Shown: positions 12,936 to 25,812, numbered from the stretch's first letter. The stretch is DNA of 59,237 bases from Octopus bimaculoides (GCF_001194135.2 NC_068981.1:120101303-120160539), one strand, 5' to 3'. Notes: generated from the letters alone by a model not told the origin. Translations and numbers: made by a program.

Positions 12936-13572
12936 AATACCAAATATATTGTTAAATGTATCACTAAACATTAGTTAAAGTTTTTATTCATGGTGCAAAT
13001 ATGTCACATTTCATAATCAAAGACAAAGAAATTAAACGCAATGGTCTAGAAAATTCACATCATAATAAAAAAAAAGAAAGAAACTAAAATCTCACCATCT
13101 GAAAAATTTTGAGAAATCTTGAAAAAGGAGAAATCTTGAAGAAATGAAGTAATAATTGGACAGTATGTCACTAGTGCTGAAAAATTTGAATTCAAAAAGA
13201 AATATAAAAATAGTGCAGCAAAATCTAAAGTGTCGTTGATGAATATCAAAATTGTTAAGATATTGCATTATTTGTAAAGCAAGTTCATGAATTTCTTGAT
13301 TTTGAATATGTTTTACAAGAATTTTGCTCAGAAAAAATGTGTTGCAACCAATATTGTTATATAAGTTCTATAAACACTTTGGTTGTTGTTTGTCTATATT
13401 TCACTTCTTTTTCCAAAACAGTTGATGTTTGAAAATGTTTTTTTCCTTCTATTTAAAATAGAATAATCCTCTCATTGCATCACTGCACTTTTCAGTGATC
13501 CTGTTTTTAAAAATCAATATTGATGTGTTTTTTTTTCCGACTTCTATCCTTTATCTTTTACTTGATTCAGTC

Positions 13573-13627
13573 TTGTAAAATAAGGGTGCATCTTATAAAC
13601 CAGCAAATCCATAACCAAATATCCAAA
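13573..13627. repeat. 55-bp arm of a perfect inverted repeat (partner 17645-17779); resembles a pogo/Tigger terminal motif
   Basis: TTGTAAAATAAGGGTGCATCTTATAAACCAGCAAATCCATAACCAAATATCCAAA is the exact reverse complement of 17645-17779 once five extra 16-bp units are removed. TATAAGATGCACC resembles the pogo TATAAGACGCACC subterminal motif. Confidence 0.85.
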
Positions 13628-13629
13628 TA

Positions 13630-13760
13630 GCCTGATACTTATTCTATCAGTCACTTTTGCTGAATTCTGCTAGGTAATAGATGTAAACAAACCAGCACTA
13701 GTTGTCAATTGGTTGTGATGGTGGTGGAGGAGGGAACAAACACACACACACATATTTAAA
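13630..13760 (-). mobile_element. SINE family A, 3' half
   Basis: Reverse complement of the family A 3' portion. Confidence 0.65.
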
Positions 13761-13969
13761 CCCAAATGCATACACACACATTTATACATATATATATGTT
13801 TCATGTTATGCTTGTAAGCAATGTGTGTTACTGGAATTTTCAGCTCAAGAGACACAGAGCAAACTACTCCAAATCCTTGTTAGAATATCTGCAGAAATGG
13901 AGTTGGGACAGGCAGGTTTGTAATGGCATTGAGTTGTATAATCTCCTAATATAATAATGAGTATAGTGT

Positions 13970-14012
<43 letters not shown>

Positions 14013-14614
14013 TATTTGTCCCGAATCATGCCAGATGCAGAGGGGGAGAGAAAATAGTAATTCAGTGAAAGAGAAGTAGGGAGAGTAATAGCCCTGACTG
14101 AGAGGGAGTGAGAGAAAGTAATAGCAATGAGAGAAAGGAAGGGATAATAGATGAATAAGGAAGGAAGGGGTGAAAAAAAATCAGTTTCAACTCTGTGTCA
14201 GTATATGTGTGTATGTATGTGCATCTACAAGGGAAGTATGTGAATGTTTGTATGTGTGATTATTAAGTACCTTATTTTCTACCTTATTTATTATATAAAC
14301 TACTACAATTAGCCATCATTATTGACGGCATGTGGTCAGCTAGTGTACGATAATGAAATCAAACCAAATTATATTTTGCAAGCATTTAATGTTTCAGATG
14401 AATTTCCTGTTATCTGTTGTGCAATAATCTGAAGCATAAATATCAAATACTTTCAAAATATCCTTATTTGGTTTGACTTTACTATATNNNNNNNNNNNNN
14501 NNNNNNNNNNNNNNNNNNNNNNNNNNNNNNNNNNNNNNNNNNNNNNNNNNNNNNNNNNNNNNNNNNNNNNNNNNNNNNNNNNNNNNNNNNNNNNNNNNNN
14601 NNNNNNNNNNNNNN

Positions 14615-14659
<45 letters not shown>

Positions 14660-14667
<8 letters not shown>

Positions 14668-14790
14668 ATGCTTCTTTCAGTTTCTGTTTACCAAATCCAC
14701 TTACAAGGCTTCGGTTGGCCCAGGGCTATATTAGAGGATATTACCTAAGATGCTGTGCAATGGGACTGAACCCAAGACCATGTGATTGAG
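14660..14790 (-). mobile_element. SINE family A, 5' half
   Basis: CTTCTTTCAGTTTCTGTTTACCAAATCCAC...GGGACTGAACCC...CATGTG is the reverse complement of the family A head. Confidence 0.8.
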
Positions 14791-14844
14791 AACCAAACTT
14801 CAATAATTATTTCTCTTTGAATCACTTTTTCATTGTTAATAAAA

Positions 14845-15250
14845 TGTGATTTGCTTCTCAACCACATGGTTCTGGGATCAGTCCCACTGCATGGAACCTT
14901 GGGCAAGTATCTTCTACTATAGCCTCAGGCTGATCAAAGCCTTGTGAGTGGATTTGATAGATAGAAACTGAAAGAAGCCCATTGTGTATATATATATAAA
15001 ATATATGTATGTACTATATCTCTATGTGTGTGTGTCGTGTCTGTGTTTGTCCCACTCCCATCACTGCTCGACAACCAGTGTTGATGTGCTTACATCCCCG
15101 TGACTTAGCAGTTTGGCAAAAGAAACCAATAGAATAAGTACCAGGCTTTAAGAAATAAGTGCTGGGGTCAATTCATTTGACTAAAACTCTCCAAGGTGAT
15201 GCTCCAGCATGACTGCAGTTAAATGACTGAAGCAAGTAAACGAATAAAGG
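14845..15250 (+). mobile_element. SINE family A, near full length
   Basis: Head (slightly truncated), internal TA/TG region, complete tail ...GACTGAAGCAAGTAAACGAATAAAG. Confidence 0.9.
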
Positions 15251-15647
15251 AATATTTACTTTGTAAATAAAAACTTTCAATAATGTTTATTTTTGCAGAT
15301 AAAAAGCGTGATAACATAAATGACCTGATGATGAATCTAGTGGCATTAGCAATATCATTAACGCATGATGGAATTACTAGAATGTACTTACCAGGATGTG
15401 ATTACCTATGATGAATTTACCAAAAAGAACCAAAACTGGGATAGTCATTGCAAGCATAGATCTAGATCATCCTTGATAGGAGGCTAAAAAGCAAACAACA
15501 ACAACAATATCGATGATGACATCACCACCACCACTACCACCTGTTGATAATAAATTGCTCTTGTTGAGGCAGTAAGAGAGCCTCTTGTTGCTCAATCTGC
15601 AAGAAAAAGCAGCAAAATTTCTTTTAACCATATATACCATATTTGGT

Positions 15648-16027
15648 GTGGAGGCGCAATGGCCCAGTGGTTAGGGCAGCGGACTCGCAGTCATAGGATT
15701 GTGGTTTCAATTCCCTGACCGGGCGTTGTGAGTGTTTATTGAGCGAAAACACCTAAAGCTCCACGAGGCTCCAGCAGGGGATGGTGGCGAACCCTGCTGT
15801 ACTCTTTCACCACAACTTTCTCTCACTCTTACTTCCTGTTTCTGTTTTACCTGTATTTCAAAGGGCCATCCTTGTAACACTGTGTCATGCTGAATATCCC
15901 CGAGAACTACATTGAGGGTACACGTGTCTGTGGAGTGCTCAGCCACTTGCACGTTAATTTCACGAGCAGGTTGTTCTGTTGATCGGATCAACTGGAGCCC
16001 TCGTTGTCGTAACCGACGGAGTGCCAA
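15648..16027 (+). mobile_element. Young tRNA-derived SINE family C with ~12-bp TSD
   Basis: GTGGAGGCGCAATGGCCCAGTGGTTAGGGC (A box) and GGTTTCAATTCCC (B box). TSD ACCATATTTGGT at 15636-15647 and 16027-16038. Inverse paralogue at 37138-37519. Confidence 0.92.
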
Positions 16028-17088
16028 CCATATTTGGTAAGGAAATAATAATATATTGGACAATGTAATCTTAACATACCTCTGAAATGGGCAGGGTGAT
16101 GGTTGTGGTTGGAATGTGTTTGATAATAAATTTACTTAGCTAGCCTAGAGTTTAACATCAACATCAAAACCAACACCACCACCAGCAGCAACAATAACAT
16201 CAAGAACAGAAGGGGTCTGAGCCAATGAGGAGCCTCTGTACAGTCACTTGATCTATTAGAAATAGTAGCCAAATCTCTCAAATAATGCATGTTCTTGTCT
16301 TGAAAACAGAAGGGCAGCCACATTGGTTAATGTAGTCCTAAATAAAAACTGGTTGGTCATGGTTGAAATTACTCAACCAGGGTTAATCTAAGGCAAAACA
16401 CCAATAGCAGATAATTCAATGCATGTGCCTTTATAACAGGTGTTGGTAAACAGGAATAGATTACCTGAAATAGAATGAATTAAAAATTTTTAGTGGGTAA
16501 CACATGCAATATGAGAGACACTTTTCTTATAGCCTCAGGATATACTATATTAATGTTTTGCTCCTACTGATTTCTATTGATTCTTAGGAGGTGTTTATGT
16601 TTTTAATACTGTTGACACTGCTGGCTTGAATAATACTGCTTAGGTGTCAACACCATAGTAATATCTATTCCGCAGCTGATGAAAGGAATATATATATATA
16701 TATTTGATATGCTTATTTGTTTATGTTTTAACACTTGATACTGCTGGATTGAATGGTGCTGCTCAGGTGTGGAAACCATAGTGATATCTGTTTGGTAGCT
16801 TATGATGGAAATATAGTATATTTGATATGTCTGTTTGTGAATTTTTTTATGTCATGGGGTCTCGTTATTCTAAGTTGTCCTTCATTCTCATAAAGTTGAA
16901 AGTGTTTGTGGATTCCTGGTTTATGGCAATTAATTATATTGATATTGGTTGATTTATTTTATGGACAATCTTATTAGGATTGGATAATGCTTAGATAATT
17001 GTTTCTAGATTTGAGAGGTTCTGTGGCATGTAATGTAATTATGTAACTAAGAAGTGCTGTTATTGCTAGGCACTTTGTGTTGACATTT

Positions 17089-17300
17089 TTAACTCTTCTA
17101 CATTTAAACCAGCCATATCTGACCAAAATAATCTTCCTGTCTTATGTTCAAACAAGCCAGATCCAGCCTCTCACACCTGCCTTCCAATGTTAGTCTCAAA
17201 AATATACAGTTACGTAATCAAAATCTCGAAACTACGAGATAATGCAGGATAAATTCAAAACAATGGGAATAAACAAGCATTATGAATGCTAAAAGGTTAA
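17089..17300 (-). mobile_element. piggyBac-like MITE with TTAA ends
   Basis: TTAA at 17089-17092 and 17297-17300; termini resemble TTAACCCTTTAGCATT / AATGCTAAAGGGTTAA. Confidence 0.75.
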
Positions 17301-17675
17301 TTTGTTTTGTTTCATAAGCAAGCTGTTATTCTAAATTTTTAGAGTATGTCTTTCAAAACTTATCAGACCAGTTTATGTCTGTCAAAACTTGTATTTTTTT
17401 TATTGTAACCTAAGTTCATTGTTATGTGAAGGGAGGTGCGAGTTCCATTCAAAACTACTGAATCTACTGTATTTATGTCATATATAAAATATATAAAATA
17501 ACGCAGTTACAACACTATGCTTATCCAAGCATAAAAAGAGATGTTTATTTATTTTTATACATTTGAATCATCCATAACTTTAAAGCTGATTAGCAATTGA
17601 TACAATATGATATATTAACAATTTTTTTTTTCCATATAAATGAGTTTGGATATTTGGTTATGGATTTGCTGGTTT

Positions 17676-17767
17676 ATAAGATGCACCTTGCATAAGATGC
17701 ACCTTGCATAAGATGCACCTTGCATAAGATGCACCTTGCATAAGATGCACCTTGCATAAGATGCACC
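17676..17767. repeat. Perfect 16-bp minisatellite (ATAAGATGCACCTTGC) x5.75
   Basis: Direct reading; units at 17676, 17692, 17708, 17724 and 17740, partial at 17756. Confidence 0.97.
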
Positions 17768-18159
17768 CTTATTTTACAATTATTTTGTGGGAGGAATAAT
17801 CCAGCTTTAATATCTTTCGTCATACATTTATTTAAAGCTATTTTAATGTGCCTTTGTAATGGAAAACATATGACTCTATGTAAATACAACATTGTAATAG
17901 CTTATTGGATCAATTTCTGAAATCGTATAATGTAAGTTTACACAAACATTTAAAGGAAATTAAATTAAATTTTCTATAGCAAAACAGAAATACATTGATA
18001 TAATGAATCCTTGTACATGTGAATAAAAGCAAACAAACTGATTTTTTTGTTCCAGTAAAAACTGGAACAAAACAATCAGCCAAGTAAAATAAATGTGAAT
18101 AAGTTCCTATAGATAGGAACAATATATGCAGTCAAAGCAAAATTTAATTGCTTATTGGC

Positions 18160-18345
18160 AGTAAGCACAAACATGGCTGGTTTGCTTCCCACCACATGGT
18201 GCCAGGTTCAATTCCAGTGTGTGGCACCTTTGGCAAGTGACTTCTTGCATAGCCCTGGGCCAAGCAAAACCATAAGAGTGGATATAGTTGATGTAAACTA
18301 AAAAAAAGCCTGTTGTGTGTGCATATGACTGCACGTGTGTGTGTG
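18160..18345 (+). mobile_element. SINE family A, 5' half
   Basis: CATGGCTGGTTTGCTTCCCACCACATGGT...GTGGCACCTTTGGCAAGTG... Confidence 0.75.
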
Positions 18346-19454
18346 TGTGTGTATTATTGCATCCATGACTTGATATTACATGATAGTTATAAAGAAATGT
18401 CTCTGTCCACTATTCCTAATCTACTGTGAAAAATATGTCTGGTTATGGGGAAATATTAGCTGAATTGGAAATAGGTGAGGGTTAACAATAGGAAGGGTGT
18501 CTGGCTGCAGAAAATCTACCTCAACAAAATTCTGTCCAACTAATACAAGCATGGAAAAGTGGACATTAAAATAATAATAATAACAGGGACATATACTCTG
18601 GGTGTGCACTCCATACTCATCAAAAATGGCAAATTCATTATAAATATTAACCTTACTCATTCATAATGGAAAACTTTTGTTATACCCTTGCTTGAAATTT
18701 GGTGGCAGGTGTCCTGAAATAACACTGCACATCTCACAGTGCATTGTATCATAATATAGGACCAAGCATATCATAGGATAATAGGAGAATGACAAAAAAT
18801 TAATGGTGGAGGGTGTGCAACAGCTTTGACAGCACAGTCGCATGTTCGTTTTCATGGTGAGAAGTTGAATGTTTAAATTAATTTTAAATTCCTAAACTAA
18901 AGCTAATTTTTTTTTACAATAACTTTTTTCTTACAATATCATCATATAACTTGGATCTTAATTTGTTTTCAAAACTAATTATAAAGTGGTTCATTGTATG
19001 ATGAGGTTACTGAACATTTTACAACTCAAAGAAGAAGAATAGAACTTACATATAAGTAATTTAAGTAATTACATTATGTGATTTTTAATTTTTTCAGTGT
19101 GTGTGCATAAGAAAATTATGGCTTATTTTAGAATGCTTACAATTTATAGGATATTATTAATTCAGTTTACTTTAGTGCCATATATCTGTATCCTAAAGGA
19201 ATTAAGGTTACATTATTTACATTTTGGATTCCACATTTTGAATAGAAATACACAGTTTGCATGCTTAATTCAAGTAATACTAATATTAGTTATAGTATGG
19301 TCAGTGTGGCAGCACACCCAATGACAACAACCACCATATGCCTCTGAATAATAATAATAATAATGACGACGACGATGATAATAATAATAATAATTATAAT
19401 AACTGAGAAAATATTACATAGTTGAGAAGAAGAGATATCATGGTATCTCAGGTT

Positions 19455-19920
19455 TACCTTTCTATTATAGGCACAAGGCCTGACATTTTAGGGGATGGGG
19501 AAAGTCAATCATATTGACCCTAGTACTTAACTGGTGCTGAATTTATCAAACCCAAAAGGATGAAAAGCAAAATTTACCTTGGCAGAATTTGAATTCAGAA
19601 TGAAAAGATGAACAAAATGCTGCTAAGCATTCTGTCTGGTGTGCTAACAGTTCTGCCAGCTCACCATCTTAATAATAATAATAATAATAATGATAATAAT
19701 AATAATCCTTTCTATTATAAGCACAAGGCCTGAAATTTGGGGTGAGGAGGTTAGTCGATTACAACGATCTCAGTGTTCCACTGGTACTCTCAATTTACTG
19801 ACTTTGAAAGGATGAAAGGCAAAGTCAACCTTGGTAGAATTTGAACTCAGAACTTAGCGATGGTTGAAATATTGCTAAGCATTTTGCCCAGCATGCTAAC
19901 AACTCTGCCAGCTCACCACC

Positions 19921-19922
<2 letters not shown>
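19455..19922 (-). mobile_element. Two head-to-tail SINE family B copies separated by (AAT)n
   Basis: Copies at ~19455-19670 and ~19705-19922, each flanked by AAT repeats. Confidence 0.88.
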
Positions 19923-19954
<32 letters not shown>

Positions 19955-19969
19955 CAACAACATAACAAC

Positions 19970-20120
19970 ATCAAAAAATACCTTAGGATAGAGAACCCAG
20001 GTTTGAAATTTCCCCCAAGACACCTCATGAAGGCTGGAGGGTATATCAGCCGAAACATTGTGTTAACAACAAACAAGATGAGGACAAATATCTGTCAAAT
20101 GTAAATAATGTAAATAATAT
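19970..20120 (+). mobile_element. Short PLE-type/retrozyme-like repeat carrying a mutated hammerhead core (20020-20063)
   Basis: ACAC-CTCATGA-A-GGCTG-(10 nt)-CAGCC-GAAA-CATT-GTGT. Stems I and II are intact, the core has CTGATGA>CTCATGA, and the inferred stem III CGTT has become CATT. Confidence 0.6.
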
Positions 20121-20399
20121 AGAAATCTTCTGTATTGGGAACAGCAAGAATTGTAAGAAAGGTCTTCAATATCTAAGGAAACTGGTTGTGATCCGTATCA
20201 AAGACATTGATATTGGATGTAAGGCATTCGTGCATACCCTGAATAATAATAATAATATAATTAGTACACAGCAAGCAATTGGAAAAAACTGGTATTTCAG
20301 TGGATAGAACAGACTGTAGCAAGCAACAACAAAAATTAAAAAGGAATGTATGATAAAGGTTTATTTAATTATTTCCTACAAAATCTAGAAAATCAACAC

Positions 20400-21595
20400 C
20401 TTCAGAATGTAAGTCAGCAACCACAAAGTTTGAAAATGCATTCTCACTGTTGGCATCCATATTACTTTCTTCATAAATGGAATTCTCGACAAATTATTCT
20501 CAGTACTATCAAGGGTATTATAATTGCCACATTTTAAAAATGATTTCACAACTATGTCTTCTTTCACAGTATTCCATGAACTTTTTACCCATTAATACAC
20601 CTATATAATAGATAGGCCACTTCCTTCTTCCTGTTGGTATCACTTTAGAATCTGAAAACTACATCCACTTGTTTTACTCCTTATTTATGAATCCTTCAAA
20701 TGGTTTCCTAACTGAAACATCTGAAGGCTGTTAGTGACTGGTTAGGTTACAAACTGAGTTTTCAGGTCTTCAAATTTCCTCTTAACAAGCTCAGTTCTAA
20801 GAGAGAAAACTGATCCCAGACTGACAAGGCATGTTTTTTAATATTCTACCAAGATACTTGAACCACACTTTATTAAGCCACAGTTTAATTCCTCCATCAT
20901 CTATGCAACTGTTTAGAAGGACATGAACATAAATGCCATTGGGAATTCTTTCTTTGGGCAATGTTACAAAAAATGCTGACAGTTTTGTGCCATCAGTGCA
21001 GCATGCTAATATAACTACGTAATGTGTTTTCTCAAAGCCATATGCTTTAATAGTCACAGATTTAGCAGCTTTGGATTGGATTTTATCATTTGTTTGATAG
21101 TACATCAAATGTTAAAGGGATGTCATCAATATTTGCTATCTGAAGGATCAAAACTAACTATTTTTCTCACATTAATTACATACCTGTGAAGCTTAATGAC
21201 TTTATTTTCGTATTCAGGGCATATTTTTGTGCTATTTTTATTCTATGTCTCATACAGGATTATTTCTCATCATAAATCTTAAACACCATACTGTGACCAT
21301 CTAAAAATCATTGATATCTTTGTCCATTGCTGCAATTTTTGAATACTGCATAATCATTTTAGTGGATACTGAAAAGATTGAGCTTATCTTGTCTTTCACC
21401 CATGTTTTTAATTTTTCTTCTAGTTCAGGCAACTTCACAATTCCTCTATGAAGACATTGTTTGCTACATCTAGCAACTTTCAGCAATTCTTCTTGTTTCC
21501 TCCAAATCCTTACTATTTTGTTGGCTGGTGGTAGACCAAAATACTGAAGTTAAATTCAATGTTATAGCGGTGCTTTTTTATATTTTAGCCATAGA
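20400..21595 (-). mobile_element. pogo/Tigger (Tc1-mariner superfamily) transposase pseudogene
   Basis: Minus-strand fragments: PELEEKLKTWVKD...VSTKMI (HTH CENP-B type), SVTIKAYGFEKTHYVVILACCTDGTKL (DDE_1) and KEDIVVKSFLKCG...LDSTEN (C-terminus); multiple stops and frameshifts. Confidence 0.88.
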
Positions 21596-22249
21596 TTTGA
21601 ACCCCTTAGGAAACTTATAGATAAACTATGATATAGGAGTACTGTATCTCAGTGTTCTTTTGGGTCAAGTGTTATAGTTGGCTATATTTTGGAGAAGAGA
21701 ACAGCCATACAAGATGTGAAGCTTGTATTTCTGGCTGTATTACCATAACAAGTCACCAATGTGGTGCACTATCATTACAGTTTTGCTGTCATCCACACAT
21801 TGCAAATGACTGACATGAAAGTTTGATTACACTCTTTTCATTTTATTAGGAGCGTTTTTTATTTGATAATAAACAAATGATTCTTAAAAGGTAACAGCTT
21901 TTGAATAATGTAAGACACACATTAGGTTTAGGTCATGTATCTGGAGAAGGAGGTACTGCGATACAATGCGACCTCTCTGTATAACTGCCAATTTACTGTA
22001 AGTAATTTTCCATAAATTTGTGCTTATAGGCTGTGATTATTGGCTTATTTCCAATATTTTATAATTAGTAGCAATTATTGTACCTAATGGACATATTCTT
22101 CTCCAGCTCCCTTGCCTGCTACATTGGGTCTCCCATCTGTAATACAGTTGCAATTTTTTTTACATTTAAAAATATAAAAGTGCATCTAATATGCCAGTAA
22201 ATAAATATATACATATCTGATAATGTGATTGGTAATTTACAAGGTTATG

Positions 22250-22962
22250 CAAGGTAATTCACAAGGGTGAACAAAGAATAATATCAATTACCATATTTAA
22301 ATTCATTTTTAAGTAAAATGTCCAAGCTATAAAGCTTGAAAAATATTCTGATCTCATGCTTGCTTATTTCAATACACTTATTTGCTTTTTTATATAAATT
22401 ATACTGGAAGTTTACATTGAAGTTAACTGCCATTTGAGAAAGCTACATTTCAAAGAATTTTCTGTATTACTATACTACACCTATTATTTTGTAAAATTTA
22501 ATTATTCATAGAACCTTGACTGATATGTGAAAAAGGTGGAATTTCGGAATAAATAACTCTTACATAACTTTATTCATTTTTTGAAAATTTCTTGAATTTT
22601 CATGTTTTAAAGACAATTTTATTGAATTTAAAGAAGCAATTACCAATATAAATAATTGTTCTTAACATTTGCTATTGGTTGAAAAGATAGGACTAAAATG
22701 AAATTAAATCTATAAAAATGAATTCCAATATAATAATTTTCCCTCAAATATTGTACTTCTCTCAGAAGGTAATTTGCAAGGGTAAACAAAGAATAATGTC
22801 AATAAACATATTTAAATTAATTTTTAAACAAAATGTCCAAGTTATAAAGCTTCAAAAATAATCTAGTCTCATGCTTGCTTATTTCAATACTCCAATTTCC
22901 ATTTTTTAATATAAATTGTGTTGGAAATTTACATTGAAGTTAACTGCCATCTGATAAAGCTT
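22250..22962. repeat. Old local direct duplication (~200 bp; copies ~22250-22445 and ~22765-22962)
   Basis: Both copies read AAGGTAATT..CAAGGGT.AACAAAGAATAAT...AAAATGTCCAAG.TATAAAGCTT...CTCATGCTTGCTTATTTCAATAC...TTTACATTGAAGTTAACTGCCAT.TGA.AAAGCT. Confidence 0.85.
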
Positions 22963-22964
22963 TT

Positions 22965-23760
22965 GGAAAGCCCATGCAGCTTCATTCTGCAGGGTCCATA
23001 ACTGTAGCCTGAATCTTTTATTAAAATGTATCTTTAGTAGAGTCCTCTATGTTGCAAAAAAGGCATTTGTATCAAATCTCTGGTCTAAGTATAACTCAAT
23101 AGTTTAATGAGTTGTTTCCTGCTGTAGCTACCAATGAGAGCTGGTTCATTTGTTCATTCATTTGTTTATTTATTTGTTTGTTCATTCCTTCCTTCTTTCT
23201 TTCCTTCTTTCCCTCCCCCACCCTCAGTTTTAGAGGCAGAACATGCAAAGATCATAGCTACTGTTTTTCTCCATCAGGCATTTAGCTAAAAAACATTCAA
23301 CGTAAGCTAAAAAGCATTTTATCCCACAAAGCCAAACTGCAGTTAAAGGAAGTCCTGAAGTAAAATTAACTGCTGTTACTGCTGCAAATATGGCACTCAT
23401 CATAAACCCAGATCAACATAACTTTTCCATGTCAGGCATCTTGATCCTGCGATGAATCACGAATGTCTAACCTGGGTTTTAGTCACATTGGTCTTTTCAC
23501 TACTTGAAATACCTCATCTGAGCATTCCACAACTACTGCTGATAGCAGTTGTTCTCTAATTGAACTGGTTGATCTTGGCTGTTGACAATTTGCTGTCTTT
23601 TCATCCACTCAGCTTCTAGTGATATTCACTGTTGACTCAATAAGTTCATCTGCCAAAATAGTTCACATCAACCATGCTACATCCCATAATTTCAACTTTC
23701 TCTGGTTCTGGTAGTTTCATGCCATTTAATCCATACTTGGGATCCTGATAAGCACTATCA
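22965..23760 (+). mobile_element. Heavily decayed CR1/Zenon-like LINE 3' fragment
   Basis: Frame-shifted similarity to the RT C-terminus (...KSILSHKAKLQL..., L.HRR.V..LSLFY.Y...CS.EL), recognised by eye. Confidence 0.45.
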
Positions 23761-25812
23761 CTCTGGGTCAGAGTAGAGCTGGAAAGAATAGTGACCAAGA
23801 GGTGGTTCTACACTCTGCAAAACCCTGGAACTCCCAAACCAGAGACCCTTCCCCATGAGATGCTGTTTAAAGTCATACCCAGAACCAAAGTATCCAAAAC
23901 ATAGTTTTCGGTCATATACTTTTGGAATATCTTTGAATATATTTAGCATCTTATAGATGCTTGAAATGTCTCCCAAAATTACTTTATTATATTTATAGTG
24001 TAGAAATAAGATGACTAATTGAATGTCATAATGTGTTGGGAGGTTTACAATGATGCAGTTATGGTTCTTTACTGTGCCATCATCATATTAGTTTTTCTTT
24101 ATCCAGTTTCTGCAATTTCGATTGTCACTCAGTTTGACACCAATATCTGGCTCTTGGTGGGGCTTTAGCAGAGTTTACTTTGTTGTATGCATTTGGATCA
24201 GGTCAACTATTTGAGGATAACTTTGCGCCAGTCATGGAAGCCCCATAGATACTGCCCTTCTTCTTCTGACAAATCCATTAACAACTAAATTTGTGGAGAG
24301 TGAGATGAGCTCCCCCAGGATAATTTTGTTTCTAGCACACTACATGAAGATGAAGTCTTTCTATTTGTTTGGCACTTATAGGTCATATAACACCTTTTGC
24401 TTCCATAGACATACAATACCTTTCTTTCAAATAGTTTATAAAATAATGAAGAATTCAGTAAAATGACTTTGTCATTATTAAGATGGTATTAAGATGATGT
24501 ATGAAACAAATTAACATGAAATTTTGATGAAAGGTTCTAATTCAGATCACTTTGAAACAGAAAGTTTATATCATAAAAGAAGGGACAGTTTCAGACCGGA
24601 TCCATACCAAACTGCAACATCTATATTGTCCAAATCTCGTTCTGTTTATGAGATTTTATGTTTCTAGTCAGAATACCTTATCCCTAGTGACAGTTCATCT
24701 AGCTGTTATGAATGGGTACCAGATTATTACAGACCAGACTTGATCAAATGTCTTGATACTTTTTTGCATTTGACTTGCTCCAATTTCTAATACTGGTCAT
24801 TGTTGTTGTTTAGTCACTAGTCAGCTTAGATTAAAAAGATCTATGATCAAAACTATTCTAATTATAACCATCAAGTCCTTTCTCAATGAGACCCAGAACT
24901 AATTATCTAATGTGTTTTTTTCTTAGACAGTGGGGTGGTGATTTGAGAGAGATTTGACTGGTGTTTCTAGAGATTTGAGCAACTGGCAACATAAAAGGTC
25001 TCTTGCTGCTGCATTGAGTGACTAGCGTGCGTGAGTGTGTGAGTGAGTGAGTGAGAATGTGTGTGCATACAATTGTCCATTCCGTATTAAACTCATCATA
25101 TACAGGCATCCACTTCAAGACAGACCCTCTTCCTTGACTATAATATATTTCCCTTATATTGACTGAAATATCTCTGAAAATCAGTTCCATGTATTACTTT
25201 CACTGTCCTATATGTTCTTAACAGTACAGTATATATCTCTTAACATTAGTTTCTCTGTAGATATGAACTCAGTAGCCTTTTATTGATTTTCAATCTGAGT
25301 TCAGAGTCTTTGTCAACATTTTCCAGAGATTGTTTGATTAAAAGCTTCAAAATGTCTGGCACCCTTTAGTAGCAAACAAATAATATATCACTAACTTCAT
25401 TGTGAAATGGCATTTCTATGAACTCTTAAATACAAGTAAACTCACATATATCTACACTTTCTTTCCTTGAACAAAATTGTGTTGTTGTTGTTGTAATTGC
25501 TGCTGCTGTTGTTGTTGTTGTTAAGTTACAGGTTGGTCTTAAATGAGCAGATCTAGGGTTACAGACATTTCAGATGTGATCATCTAGTCTCTTTTTCTTT
25601 TCAAACATACATAACATACTACATTATCTAATGCAACATTCTTTTCTTCAGATAGTAAAGTGGAATTGAGAGCTATTGGACTGCTGTTTTTAGCAGGTTG
25701 AGGGACCACAAAGAAGCCACTTTCATTGGCTTAACTGCAGTGTTTTAGTGTATCTTGTTTTGTTTGAGTCATCATCATCAGCACCATTTAACATTTGTTG
25801 GACAAAAGTTAG

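Noticed and set aside
13000-13500. Second pogo transposase N-terminus on the minus strand
   Set aside because: The similarity is too faint to support by eye; it needs a profile HMM search with frameshift tolerance.
15299-15411. Plus-strand terminal exon DKKRDNINDLMMNLVALAISL...
   Set aside because: Unrecognised peptide; competing open frames and splice signals exist on both strands.
15648-15725. tRNA genes at SINE heads (also 3838, 37440-37519, 48858)
   Set aside because: A and B boxes are present but run into SINE bodies with TSDs; no complete cloverleaf is evident.
17676-17767. CRISPR-like array
   Set aside because: The units are contiguous with no unique spacers, and the context is eukaryotic.
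20346-20537. Plus-strand ORF or micro-exon with a GTAAGT donor
   Set aside because: It is the antisense of the pogo transposase C-terminus.
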